Source of the DNA: Rhodosorus marinus CCMP1338
Lineage: Eukaryota; Plantae; Rhodophyta
DNA: 64,000 bases
Assembly: GCA_029953675.1 (NCBI GenBank)
Contig: JAMWBK010000002.1
Span: 930,001 to 994,000, forward strand
Direction of reading: 5' to 3'
The translations under genes and the position numbers were made by a program. Below, piece by piece: positions 35,756-47,639 of this stretch. Below the pieces are notes generated by a model. The model made no database searches. It saw only the letters and a program-made list of their open reading frames with translations, and was not told the origin of the DNA. Position 1 is the first letter of the stretch. Each line of letters opens with the position of its first letter.

Positions 35756-36182
35756 CTTACACAAGACGGCTTATCTTCAACGAACCTGGAGGTAGGGAAC
35801 TGAGCCCGTCTATATTAGTGAGTCCGGGCGCTGGGTGACGTTGTCAGCTTCGAAGATAGTACGGCGTAGAGGGAAACCTAAGCCTCTCCATTTGATAGTA
35901 GGAATCGGAAGAAGGTATGAGGACTGATGCCGGTTGCTTTGTGCAGAAGGGGAGTGACAAGGATCGGTTTACAAAGATGTTGGTAACCATGGCTCGACTG
36001 TTTCCGACAGGTACCCAGTTGACTTGGGAATGGTGATCGCAAAGATCTGATCAGTGTACCAGGATTGGGTGCTTAACCTTGGCAAGTGAAAAACTCACCC
36101 GAGTACTTTATAGGTCGTGCATTCCAGTCTTCCAATCTGCTGCACACATCGCGACGGGTATTTGAGATGGTTCTGCATTATA

Positions 36183-36450
36183 TTGGGCTTTACTAGCATA
36201 GCCTAAAGCGCTACGCAAGGTGTGAAGAGGGAAAAAGAACTAGGGAGGGAAGCATACAGTTCCAGACGCCGATGGCGCGCCTCGAAAAGTATGTGGCTGG
36301 AATATCGCCACAGGGCGACAATCAAACGCCGCAAGAGCGCCAAGGATTCAGTAGGATGCTCAGCAAAATAATTCCGCGACCACTCCATACCCGACTTGTC
36401 CACGTGACCAGAACTTTCCACAATGAACGGCTGGGACCGGTGAGAGCGCA
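36183..36450 (-). mobile_element. Diverged family A 3' fragment
   Basis: QPFIVESSGHVDKSG...EARHRRL, hairpin and AGTAAAGCCC tail. Confidence 0.85.
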
Positions 36451-36925
36451 TTATGCTCAAGCCATTGTACGGATATCAGTGCTCGCTTTCAGCACTTGCT
36501 TTGAACGAATCTCAGACATCCGGTCCCCATCATGACAGCGCCCCCCGTCAAATAGAAGCGAGCTCTGTCCCGTCGAACTGGGGTCTCCTCCACCAAACCT
36601 CTCGTCCACTGCTCAAACCAGGCTATATCCAGCTCAACCAATTCCCAGTTAAGCGTCCACGGAATAGGGCCGTGTCCTATATTTCCCTTAGATAGAACAG
36701 AGAAGTCTGAAAACAAAGATCATGGCGAACATAAATACCAATAGCATCATTATATTTTTAACGGTAACACGAGTATCATAAAACCTCTTGAAATACGATA
36801 GCAATCCCCCTGTAGAATTTCAAAAATACAGGGCGAACGCCTATGAAGTATATTGCTTATGGTAAAAAGCATGGACCGTTTGGTCTGGAGCCAAATCGCC
36901 TCTGATTTCGCAGACTGTACGGAAC

Positions 36926-38509
36926 TCAAGGCAAAATGACGTTCCCGCTGGCATCTCTTGGGACGAACTCATCGCTGACCGCGACGAACGCGACTTTGTA
37001 CTCGACAAAGGACTGGTCTGGCATGGAATGGTCCTGATCGTGCATTTTGAGCTCGACTGGGGTTGCTTGCATCGAGAATACCGGCTGGGTGAGGAAGACG
37101 TGCTGGTTTGAGATTATCGGTTGAGGGTAGATGAAAGTGTTGGCGTCGAAGACGTCGAGCATAATTCTGTGCCACCAGTCCACGCCAAAGTCCAGGATCT
37201 CATTCCACACAGGGTTTAGCTCATTGTTCATTACGGTGCTCGTCTTCTGCTCCAAGTAGGTGCCATCCGCCCGGTAAGCCCTCACTCGGACGAAGGGGTC
37301 AGATGGCGTCGTGGCATCGAGTCTTCGCAGATTCATTCCATGCTTCACGTCCACCTTCAGAGAGCCGAACCGTTTCTCGCAGAAATCGCCGTAAAAACCC
37401 GGTCTGCACTCACAGATCGGAGCATTGGATCCGCTCCTACATCTCCCGCCGCTCATACACGGATTGGGGTAACAGTAATTTTTCGCGGGCTCTGCAACTA
37501 TCCTAACTGAGACTGAACTCGAACAGTCATACAGTGTTCTACAAAGCTTGACAACGTAGTCCCGGTGAATTATTTGCAGACGCGAGTAGGGGATGAAAAC
37601 TTCCGTAGCGTCCTCATCGAGCTTTGAGACCCTGATCTTCAAAGCCACCCAAGTGCCGACATCGAAGTAAATCGGCCCTGGAAGCGTCACCGGACCTGAA
37701 CCACGCGGTGCGCCAGAGGACCTGACCATCGGTGGAAACCGACCGGGAGCCATGTCCGAGACCTCAAAGCTTACCACAACCTCATTTTGAATGCGTTTTC
37801 GTGCAATAACCTCCACTGAAAGCCTCATACTTTGAGCCCTGAGGGGGCATCTATACATCATCATTAGACTCCTCACATCCCTGCCGCTGAGGGTGGTGAC
37901 AGGAACGAAGTCTAGATTGCTCAGGGTGGAAATTGTGTCCCTGCCGTTATTCGAGAGAAAATTGGAGCCATATTGCATAACAGAAATCCGATCGAAGTCA
38001 TGTTCGAGAGGATCCACTTTGCTCCAAGAGATCTTGTTCAACATTGCTCGATTCGACTTCGCGACGTTGCCGGGGAGAACCCGAAGGAATCGGTCTCGGT
38101 CAGGACGGTTATACTCATCAACAAGGCCCAGGGCGTGCCCCACCTCGTGGAATACCTGTGATCGGAGGGGGATCGATCCGGGGCAGTCTCGGTTTATGTA
38201 AACAGAGTGTTTCCCTGGACCGCGATATCCGACTTTGGTCTTATAGCATCTATTAAGATTCGACTTGAAGAGAAGTCCGGTTTCCGCCTGTTGAGAGTAG
38301 ATGAAGCCGAGACAGGTTTCATCCCGGATAAGACGCAAGACACCAACCACGTCATCTCTGGCCTCCGAATCTACGTTGTCATGAAATCCAAACTTGATCA
38401 CCTCAGTCGGCCACAGTCGTGAGGCGTCCCTCAAGCTCACCGCCGCTCGACTTTGAGCGACCAGAAAACACACAAATATCGACAGAATCCAGTTCACACT
38501 GAACTCCAT
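36926..38509 (-). CDS. Secreted astacin-like (M12A) metalloprotease with EGF and C2 domains; intronless, 527 aa
   Basis: Signal-like ILSIFVCFLVAQSRA. HEVGHALGLVDE..RPDRD zinc motif and SVMQY Met-turn. CYPNPC..GGRC..CECRPGFYG..C EGF. SDPFVRV..NNELNPVWNE..DVFD C2. Confidence 0.88.
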   Translation of the reverse strand: MEFSVNWILSIFVCFLVAQSRAAVSLRDASRLWPTEVIKFGFHDNVDSEARDDVVGVLRLIRDETCLGFIYSQQAETGLLFKSNLNRCYKTKVGYRGPGKHSVYINRDCPGSIPLRSQVFHEVGHALGLVDEYNRPDRDRFLRVLPGNVAKSNRAMLNKISWSKVDPLEHDFDRISVMQYGSNFLSNNGRDTISTLSNLDFVPVTTLSGRDVRSLMMMYRCPLRAQSMRLSVEVIARKRIQNEVVVSFEVSDMAPGRFPPMVRSSGAPRGSGPVTLPGPIYFDVGTWVALKIRVSKLDEDATEVFIPYSRLQIIHRDYVVKLCRTLYDCSSSVSVRIVAEPAKNYCYPNPCMSGGRCRSGSNAPICECRPGFYGDFCEKRFGSLKVDVKHGMNLRRLDATTPSDPFVRVRAYRADGTYLEQKTSTVMNNELNPVWNEILDFGVDWWHRIMLDVFDANTFIYPQPIISNQHVFLTQPVFSMQATPVELKMHDQDHSMPDQSFVEYKVAFVAVSDEFVPRDASGNVILP

Positions 38510-39680
38510 GTCCACAAAGTCCAGGTCCACAATCAAACACTTCTTTTCTGGCGAGCTTGTGAGCTTCAAACGCCGTCTTCCGAACGACACGAAACAGTGA
38601 TAGCAACCTTGATCAGACTTATACTCTCCTGGCTGGACGGGTTGGTCCCGTTCCGAGTTGTCAATTAAACCACCTTCCGCTCTTCAAGTTTACCTCTTCG
38701 CCCTCTCCCTATCACATCGCGGAGACTCGAGAGAGCCTGAGCCCCTTTCATAGAGTCCGCTTAGGGTTCCCTCCCTACTGGAAATAGCTCGTGAAAACCC
38801 TCTTGTAGATTCAAAAGCTCGAGGTACCATTCACCGCTCGCCTCTTCAGGAATGCAAGGGCGGTACCCATATCGCCGCCCGTTCCCAGCACTTTACTGTA
38901 AAACGGTTTTTCGTGATGGTGCAGCCTTGGCGGTGTCTAGGATCCCCAAAATCTATTCAAAAATCCCCTCCAAAAACACAAAAACGGGCGCTTGCTCGGT
39001 ACCCACCAACGTCCCAGACCGCAACTGGGTTTCTAATCTTTCCGCGTAGCCCTAGCAACATATCGGTATATACGTTTTCTAGTTAAACTGATATTGGCAG
39101 AGGTTGCCATAGGCATACTCCTCCTCCAATTCATGATTACATTGAAATGCTTAGCTCCTCCATCGATCGTTCTACCAAGACACTCTCCCCTTCTCCCAAG
39201 TCCAACGCATTCATGTCGATGAATGTGTTTTTCGGAAGGGCGCACACTATCGGTGGTTATCCCCAAAATTCCTACCCCATTTTTTTGAAGTTTCTATACT
39301 CAATCCAGTAAATGTTTGCTTTAAGTTTTTAGAGGGGAAAGGTTTTTTTTTCTCAAACATTGCGTTTTAGCACATTGAGTTGATATTACCATCCGTTCCT
39401 ATTAATTGAGAATTAAGTCCGTCTGTAGACCAATTGGATTTTTTTGAGAAGAGAGTTTTTGAATTTATTTTCAAAGCTTTTTGTGTGCAGTCTATGAGTT
39501 CGTGAGAAAAGAACAATTTAATTGGTCTTCTATTCGCGTGGAATATCTTCACGCGGCCAACGCGGAGAGCGCAATCAAGATCGAGCTAGTCAGGGCTGAA
39601 CATCATTTATTCAGCCGTGTTGGGTGTTAACCGAAAACAATGAACTGGTTTATAGCGGATTGAAACTGGAATTTGATGTT

Positions 39681-39740
39681 TCACTTATTCCAACTACCGA
39701 ATGTAGCGATGGAGGTATTAGAGGGAAACAGGAGGGGCTA
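39681..39740 (-). mobile_element. ~60-bp family B 3' UTR remnant next to the family A 5' region
   Basis: Reverse complement TAGCCCCTCCTGTT...CGCTACATTCGGTAGTTGGAATAAGTGA matches the B 3' UTR. Confidence 0.8.
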
Positions 39741-39749
39741 GCCGAAACG

Positions 39750-42700
39750 CGCTGCAGCGCTCGGGGAACGGAGGCAACGGGGTTGGGGATTGTGCGGTGA
39801 CCGGTTTGGCGGCGACTGATGCTGTGGCTCCAGGCTTCGCACCTGCTGTCCCAGGAACGGACTTCCCTGTGCTGGGCCAGTCCTCAGTGGGCCAGTCCGC
39901 AGGTAGCCAGCAGCTCCAGGCCCCGGCAGGGGGACGCGGTGGCCGCAAGGAGCGCACATCGTACGCCTCTGTGTTGAGGAAGGGCACCACTACTGCCCGT
40001 ATGGCGGCAATGCTAGAATTTCTACCATCTAGGGAGCCTCAGGGTGGACTTGAGGAGACCACTTTGCAATTCCTATGGGTGCGAAATGTTCGGCCCCAGA
40101 CCACACGAGGTCAGGTTCTGTCCATGCGGGATTTCAGGGACACCTTTGCGGAGTCCCTGGGTTGCAGTCGGGGCGATTTTTCTTCCCCAGCTATGAGGGC
40201 CGCGGTGTCCTCTTCTTGATTACGACAAGCGCGGCAAAATACCTGCAGGCTCTGCTGTTTCTCTGCCTACTTGTTAGTTATTGTGCCACTTTCAAATGAC
40301 ATGCTATTTTAGTAGTAACCATTTCTAATAGCAGAAACAGGTGATGCGGATGAAAACCTGACCACCAGCCGGCCCATACGCGTCTTCGGCCCATCGGGAT
40401 GGTGGAGAGTCTACGGAAGCTAGCCGGGAGGTGGCTATGTCAGCGCCTTCGGCAGCGAGTGACAGCTTTTATGGTACCCCTGCAAGTGGGGGTGGGTTTT
40501 TCGGGGGGTTGTGAACTGATTACACACGGGATCGAGCTGGAACGGGCCACGAGGCCGGATTGGGGAGTCTTGGTGATTGATTTTCGGAACGCTTTTAACA
40601 GCGTCTCGCGGACGCATGCGTTAGCGGTGATCAGACGGGTTTTTCCGGAGGCGTGGCCCTTTCTATCTGGTGTTTACGGAGGGGGGAGCCTCCCCTACTT
40701 GACAACGGAGGGCACTGTTTTTGAAGCACATACAGGCGTCCAACAAGGTGGCCCCAGACCACACGAGGTCAGGTTCCGTCCATGCGGGATTTCAGGGACA
40801 CCTTTGCGGAATCCCTGGGTTGCAGTCGGGGCGATTTTTTCTTCGCCAACTATGAGGGCCGCGATGTCCTCTTCCTGATAACGACAAGCGCGGCAAAATA
40901 CCTGCAGGCTCTGCTGGCCAAGCCTACGGAGCAGTGGTCTGAGAGCGCCCGCTGGCTGCGTTCCAACCCACAGGTTGTGCTACACTTTGATTTTGACCGC
41001 TTCTCCGGCACGTTCCTGTCGCCGGGAGAAACGGTAGGGCTCTCGCAGCAGGAGAGCAGCGTGAAGGCGGCAGCAATCCACTGGCTGCGCATTCAACGCA
41101 TTGAGCGCATCTTGTTGGAGCGGTTCCGGTCGGGCCCTGCTCACCTGCGCATAGCTGTTGCCAGCTTCTTCGATCTGGAGCGAAACCGTGTGCTGACTTC
41201 ACGATACAAGGCAGAGCTTCAGCGGCTGCGGGTTTTGGAGGGCTCTGCTCCGAGCACCACTTCCCGTGAGAGTGGCGAAGACGGGGAGCAAAGTGAGGGA
41301 ATGTCGGTGGAGGACGCCCCCACTACTTTGTTGAGACCCATGGAGGCCATCCCGCGCGCCGCGCGGAGTGGGCGACTGACCACGCTGGTCCGGCTAGGCG
41401 GAAAACGTGCGAGGACCGACTCCCCCGGGTCTAAGGGGGAGAAGCACGATTAGTTCACCGGGTACGGCTGCGAGGTCGCAGCCTATGGATCTCCAGTCCT
41501 ATGTCCTGAAGGAGCGCGGCGACTGGGGCGTTTGGCGTACACGCTTTCGGAGTTGGCTCCGGCGATGGCTTTCTTCAGAATGAGGCTCGCTTCCGCTCTG
41601 TGGCGGTATTCCTCCTGTCGTACTACCTCGGGGAGAGCTTTTAGTAGCGGGAACCATTCTTGACTTTGTCTTCACGAGCCTGGCTCGTAACATCCGGGAC
41701 ACGCACATGTGGGCATTTTTGGGGATCATGCCCCGTCTAATTCTGGCCCCTACTCACACATCGGAGCGCAGCTGGCGAGTCCGCGACCGACTGGCACTGT
41801 TCCTTAGGGGAGACTTCGAAGTACTAGAGCAGAGCTATTTGCACTCGTCGGCACCACACACCCATCGGGCTCGGCATGGCACCGTCCCGGCCGTGCGGGC
41901 TCGGGTACAGAAATCGGTAGCAGTGGGCGATTTGAGTCGAGCGGCGCGGGTTTAGGAGGGCCAGGCGCCTGTTATCCCCTACGATTCCAGCCCCGCTCAG
42001 ACGGTGTCGTCTTTGTTTCCTGCGTCCGACGTGGAATTGTTACCTCAATTCGAAGCATTCTTGGACCGTCCGGAGTTGGCCAGGTTTCGCATCGACCTGA
42101 TGCTCAGCGAGTCTGACTTGGAGGATTTGCTCCGTACCTCGCGGAGGGGACGCTCTCCTGGCCCCTCCGGACTCAGAACGGAACTCTTGCAGGCCCTGAG
42201 CCAGCCTGGCCAGAGTGCGCTTCGGAAGATCCTCAATAAACTGTTCAGGGCGCAACGGATGCGTCTGCCCCATGGGACCATCTCCGACGGGCACAGCTGT
42301 GCTTGCTCACGAAACCTGACCACCAGCCGGCCCACCCGCGTCTTCGGCCAATCGGGATGGTGGAGAGCCTACGGAAGTTAGCCGGGAGGTGGCTATGTCA
42401 CCGCCTTCGGCAGCGAGTGACAGCTTTTATGGCGCCCCTGCAAGTGGGGGTGGGTTTTTCGGGGGGTTGTGAACTGATTTCACACGGGATCGAGCTGGAA
42501 CGGGCCATTAGGCCGGATTGGGGAGTCTTGGTGATTGATTTTCGGAACGCCTTTAACAGCTTCTCGCGGACGCATGCGTTAGCGGTGATCAGACGGGTTT
42601 TTCCGGAGGCGTGGCCCTTCCTATTTGGTGTTTACGGAGGGGGGAATCCCCCCTACTTGACAACGGAGGGCCCTGTTTTTGAAGCACGTACAGGGGTCCA

Positions 42701-44603
42701 ACAAGGCGATCCTTGTGGGCCTGTTCTTCATGCCTGTGCTCTACAACTCGTGCTCTTACGTCTGGCGACCGAGGTACCAGACATTCGTATCTACGCCTAT
42801 CACGATGATGTGACATTGCTGGGTACCCCGGAGACTCTCGCTCAGGGGTCGACCCAGATTGAAGTGATTGCAAGTGGAGTCGGTTTGACGGTGGAAACCG
42901 GAAAGTGTCGTTTTCTCCCCCCGCGGGACGTATCGCTGGGCTCTCTGCCACCCACTCTGCGGCTCATAGGCGAACATGAAGGGTTCGACCATCACGGCGT
43001 CGCTTTGGGGAGTGACAACTATATCCAAGCCTCTTGTGAGCGAGTTCTGGCGCGGCACAAGCGTCTCACAGACGCCATTGAGCAGCTACCAGACAGCATG
43101 CTGCAATCGGCGTGCTTGCTTTCCCGCTTTTGTGCCGGTCCAAGACTCAATTATTGGCTGCGCAGCCTGCCCTCCGCCTGGGGCTCGTGGATCGCGGGCA
43201 GGGTCGACGAGCTGACGTTGAAACACTGGGGAATGCTCTTGGATGAGCCCCTCGATCTTGAAGCGGCCCCCGACAGGGACTTAATTCGTTCTCAGCTCGC
43301 TTTACCGTTGCGCTTAGGTGGATTTGGGGTCGCAGACCGCGGGCTTGTCTGCTCGCCTGCGGCGGTCGCCTCGTGGGCAACCGCGCTCCGTACCTTGGTG
43401 ACTTTTCGCATGCGAAGTGCCTGCCTTTTGGCGAGAGCACTGACCGGCTAAGATCCAGTGACCCTGCCGCCCGAGCTTTTGTCTATCTACGACGGTCTAC
43501 AACAGGCGTTCAGGAGGTGCAACGCCGTGCCGGATGAAAATCGTTCCCGATTTCGTTCCTGGAGGGAGCTGTTATGGGGACGAGCTGAGGCGAGTGAGGA
43601 TTCTCGCCTTGATCGAGTTCTTGCCGACGACGGAGAAGCTTGCCCCGGGTCACCTGTTACAGATTACCCGGGCTTGAGCCGATTGTGGAGCTCCCGCACT
43701 GATGTGATTCAACATAGCCTCACATGGGGCCAACACAGTGCCGCTCACTCAATCTTGCTCAATTCTCCCCTCACGCCGCCTACCACCGCCGCTCGCCTCC
43801 GCGGCATGGGCGGCCACCTCTCGCACTTGTGGTTAACCACTCTACCGTCGTCATTGAGTCATCGTCTCGATGCTTTCCAGTTCCGTTCTGCCGCACGGAT
43901 CTATCTCGGTTTGCCACAGGCTCCGTGGCACTCTAATCGGCCGTCTTTCTGTCAGGGATGTGAGAGCCGGATTGACGCTTGTGGCTACCACTTCCTGGGT
44001 TCCTGCGGACTGTTGCGAGGTCTCCGTACGAGGCGTCACACTCGCCTCAAGTACATCCTCAGCGAATGTCTGACTCGGGTAGGTCATACGGTCGAGGTTG
44101 AGTCGGAACTGCCCCGATCAGTCTCGGACACCACGCCGCCTCGTTGTATCGCTGATCTTCTCGTCTCAGACGCTGCCGCCAGACGCTCAGCATATGTGGA
44201 CCTCGCGATTACTTGCCCTGTGGCCAGCGCCCACCTCACCGCTGCCGCCCGCCGCCGGGGTGCAGCTGCTTCAGTCGTCCGCCGGGTGAAAGAACGAAGG
44301 TATGCCGAGAGCATGGCCAGTCTGCCTTGTGCAGAGGGTCGCGCTCACCGGTTCCAGCCGTTTATTGTGGAAACTTTTGGTCATGTGGACAAGTCGGGTT
44401 TGGAATGGTTGCGAAAATGTTTTGCTGAGCATCCTATTGAATACTTGGCGCTCTTGCGGCGTTTGAGTGTCTCCTTGTGGCGATATTCCAGCCACATGCT
44501 TGCCGAGGCGCGCCACCGGCGTCTCGGGTTGCAAGCTTCCCTACCTAGTTCTTAATTGCTTTTCACGCCTTGCGTAGCGCTTCAGGCTATGCTAGTAAAG
44601 ACC
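39750..44603 (+). mobile_element. Near full-length CRE-like non-LTR element, family A (ORF1 to 41453; ORF2 RT-CCHC-RLE ~41480-44555), with rearranged 5' part and several lesions
   Basis: SPGPSGLR, LRPIGM, IDFRNAFN, GVQQGDPCGP, AYHDDV, LPLRLGGFG, CQGC..HFLGSC, IADLLVSD and FIVETFG. Confidence 0.93.
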
Positions 44604-46580
44604 CACGATGACGTAACATTGCTGGGCACCCCTGACACCCTGGCTAGGGGACTGACCGCGATCGAAGCGATTGCACGTCGCGTCGGTTTGACTGTGGAAA
44701 CAGAAAAATGTCGCTTTCTCCCCCCGAGGGACGTGTCGCTGAACTCTCTGCCACCCACTCTGCGACTAATCAGCGAACGTGAAGGGTTCGAACACCACGG
44801 CGTCGGATTGGGGACTGACAACTTTGTCCAAGCATCCTGCGAGCGAGTTTTGGCACGGCAGAAGCAACTCACCGACGCCATTGAGCACCTACCCGACAGC
44901 ATGCTGCAATCGGCCTGCTTGCTTTCCCGCTTTTGTGCCGGTCCCAGACTCAACTACTGGTTGCGCAGCCTGCCTCCAGCTTGGGGCTCGTGGATCGCGG
45001 CTAAAGCCGACGAAATGACCCTGCAACACTGGGGAACGCTCTTGGATGAGCCCCTCGATCTTCAAGCTGCTCCCGACAGGGACTTTATTCGTGCACAGAT
45101 CGCTCTACCGTTGCGATTAGGGGGATTCGGCGTCGCAGACCGTGGGCTGGTATGCTCGCCAGCGGCGGTTGCCTCCTGGGCTACCGCGCTGCGAACGTTG
45201 GTGACCTTCCCGATGCGAAGTGCCTGCCTCTTGGCTCGAGCTTTGACCAACGAGGATCCAGTGACCCTGCCGCCCCCGCTTTTGACAATTTATGATGGTC
45301 TTCAACACGCGTTCAGGAGGTGCAACGCCGTGCCGGACGCAAATCGGTCCCGCTTTCGTTCCTGGAGGGAGCTGTTATGGGGACGAGCTGAAGCGATTGA
45401 GGATTGTCCCCTCGACCGAGTTCTTGCCGATGACGGAGAGGCTAGCCCCGGGTCCCCTGTTGCAGACTACCCGGGTTTGAGCCGATTGTGGAGCTCCCGC
45501 ACTGATGTGATTCAACATAGCCTCACCTGGGGCCAACACAGTGCCGCTCACACAGTCATGCTCAATTCTCCTCTCACGCCGCCTACCACTGCCGCTCGTC
45601 TCCGCGGCATGGGAGGCCACCTCTCGCACTTGTGGTTAACCACTCTACCGTCGTCATTGAGTCATCGTCTCGATGCTTTCCAGTTCCGTTCTGCCGCACG
45701 GATCTATCTCGGTTTGCCACAGGCTCCGTGGCACTCTAATCGGCCGTCTTTCTGTCAGGGATGTGAGAGCCGGATTGACGCTTGTGGCTACCACTTCCTG
45801 GGTTCCTGCGGACTGTTGCGAGGTCTCCGTACGAGGCGTCACACTCGCCTCAAGTACATCCTCAGCGAATTTTTGACTCGGATAGGGCATACGGTTGAGG
45901 TTGAGTCGGAACTGCCCAGATCAATCTCGGACTCTGCACCGCCCCGTTGTATAGCCGATCTCCTCGTCTCTGACGCTGCTGCCAGACGCTCAACATATGT
46001 GGACCTTGCGATTACCTGCCCCGTGGCCAGCGCCCACCTCACCGCAGTCGCCCGCCGCCGGGGGGCCGCGGCTTCAGCCCTTCGAAGAGTTAAGGAACGA
46101 CGGTATGCTGAGAGCATGGCCAGTCTGCCTTGCGCTGAGCTTCGCTCTCACCGGTTCCAGCCATTCATTGTGGAAAGCTTTGGTCACGTGGATAAGTCGG
46201 GTTTAGAGTGGTTGCGGAAATGTTTCGCTGAGCATCCTACTGAATATTTGGCGCTCTTGAGGCGTTTAAGTGTCTCCCTTTGGCGATATTCCAGCGACAT
46301 GCTTTCCGAGGCGCGCCATCGGCGCCTGGGGTTGCATACTTCCCTCCCTAGTTATTAGTTCATCTTCACGCCTTGCGTAGCGCTTCAGGCTATGCTAGTA
46401 AAGTCCAGTAAAGACCTATGCTAGTAAAGACCAGTAAAGACCAGTAAAGACCCAGTAAAGACCAGTAAAGACCAGTAAAGACCCAGTAAAGACCAGTAAA
46501 GACCAATAGAAAGACCCAATAGCAGCAATATGCAGGCTATGCTAGTAAAGACCAGACCAGTAAAGACCAGTAAAGACCAG
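44600..46580 (+). mobile_element. Second family A copy, truncated at the RT HDD motif, open frame to 46358, long reiterated tail
   Basis: Starts HDDVTLLG immediately after the upstream copy's 3' end. RT part visibly more diverged than the RLE part. Confidence 0.93.
46397..46580 (+). repeat. Irregular tandem array of ~13 AGTAAAGACC(C) units forming the family A tail
   Basis: Read directly. Includes re-entries of longer 3'-end pieces (TATGCT..., CAGGCTATGCT...). Confidence 0.95.
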
Positions 46581-47639
46581 TTGAAACAACGAGGTGTTCG
46601 GAGTAACTCGGTTTTTTGGTATTTCCACTTCTCATTTGAAGCTCTCGCGCGAAGTTCAGCCAGCTTAACGCCGAATCCCTCACTTCATTGTTTCACGAAA
46701 TGCTCACTCGCAAAGTAAGAATAGAGACCTCGAAATCATTGTGCAAGACAAAGTAGATACGGAAACGCGCGATTTTGATCGAAACCGGGCGGTTTTGAGA
46801 TAAGACGCGCGTTCCCACTAAAACTGAGGAAAATAAAACGACAAAAACAAAACAAATCCGAAATCCGGCTTAAAGCTAAGCAGCAGCTAAGCTTGTGAGC
46901 TCGAAGACAACAAACAGGAAAAGAAGGGGAAGTCGATCAGGTCATTCCATTTCCCCGTTTTTGTCAATTTCTTTTTATACTTAAGACAGCTGACTCAAAC
47001 CCCCCTCTTTCCGCCCTTTTCCAAAAACAAAAATAGAAGAAATCAATCCACGATGTCTATATATAGAAAACCTATCTGTTTTCAATCATAGCCAAAAGCC
47101 GTCCGTTCAAGTGCCAATCGGGGATTGGAGAATTGTTAGGACATTTGGTAGCCTAATCAGAACTGAGGGTGTAAAAGACGCGTGGTGAATGATCATTTGC
47201 TTATTAGTCAATCATTTAGTACACCGCTAGTCAATATGACGTTGTACACAACCTCTTTTCGTCAAGTGGATACGCTAAACAAAATCGCAACGAGATTTTC
47301 CCTTGGCCCCCCACAAAAACACGTAGGACACGCGTTAAATTATTATTTGTTAATTTCTGTAATGATGATATATCATTGGTTAATTTGTCCTTGGTATTAT
47401 TGACGGTGCGGCCCAAAACTTGGAAAGGGGGGCGAGATGCCCCGCCAGAGCAAAGCCCTACAAGGACTTTTGGCTGATATATTCAAGGCAAACTTGGCAG
47501 GACTTGCTTAAGGGAGGGAGAGGACGAGGGACCAGATGAGGGACAACCTGTAAGGGTATATATGCTGGTATACTGAGGCTTGTGACCCACCGTTTGCTTT
47601 TTTAAGGGAGACTCTGTGTGGTGTGGGGGAGTAGTGAAT

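Noticed and set aside
46397-46580. Short regular repeats considered as a CRISPR array or true telomere
   Set aside because: No spacers, eukaryotic context, internal position and direct continuity with the retroelement 3' end
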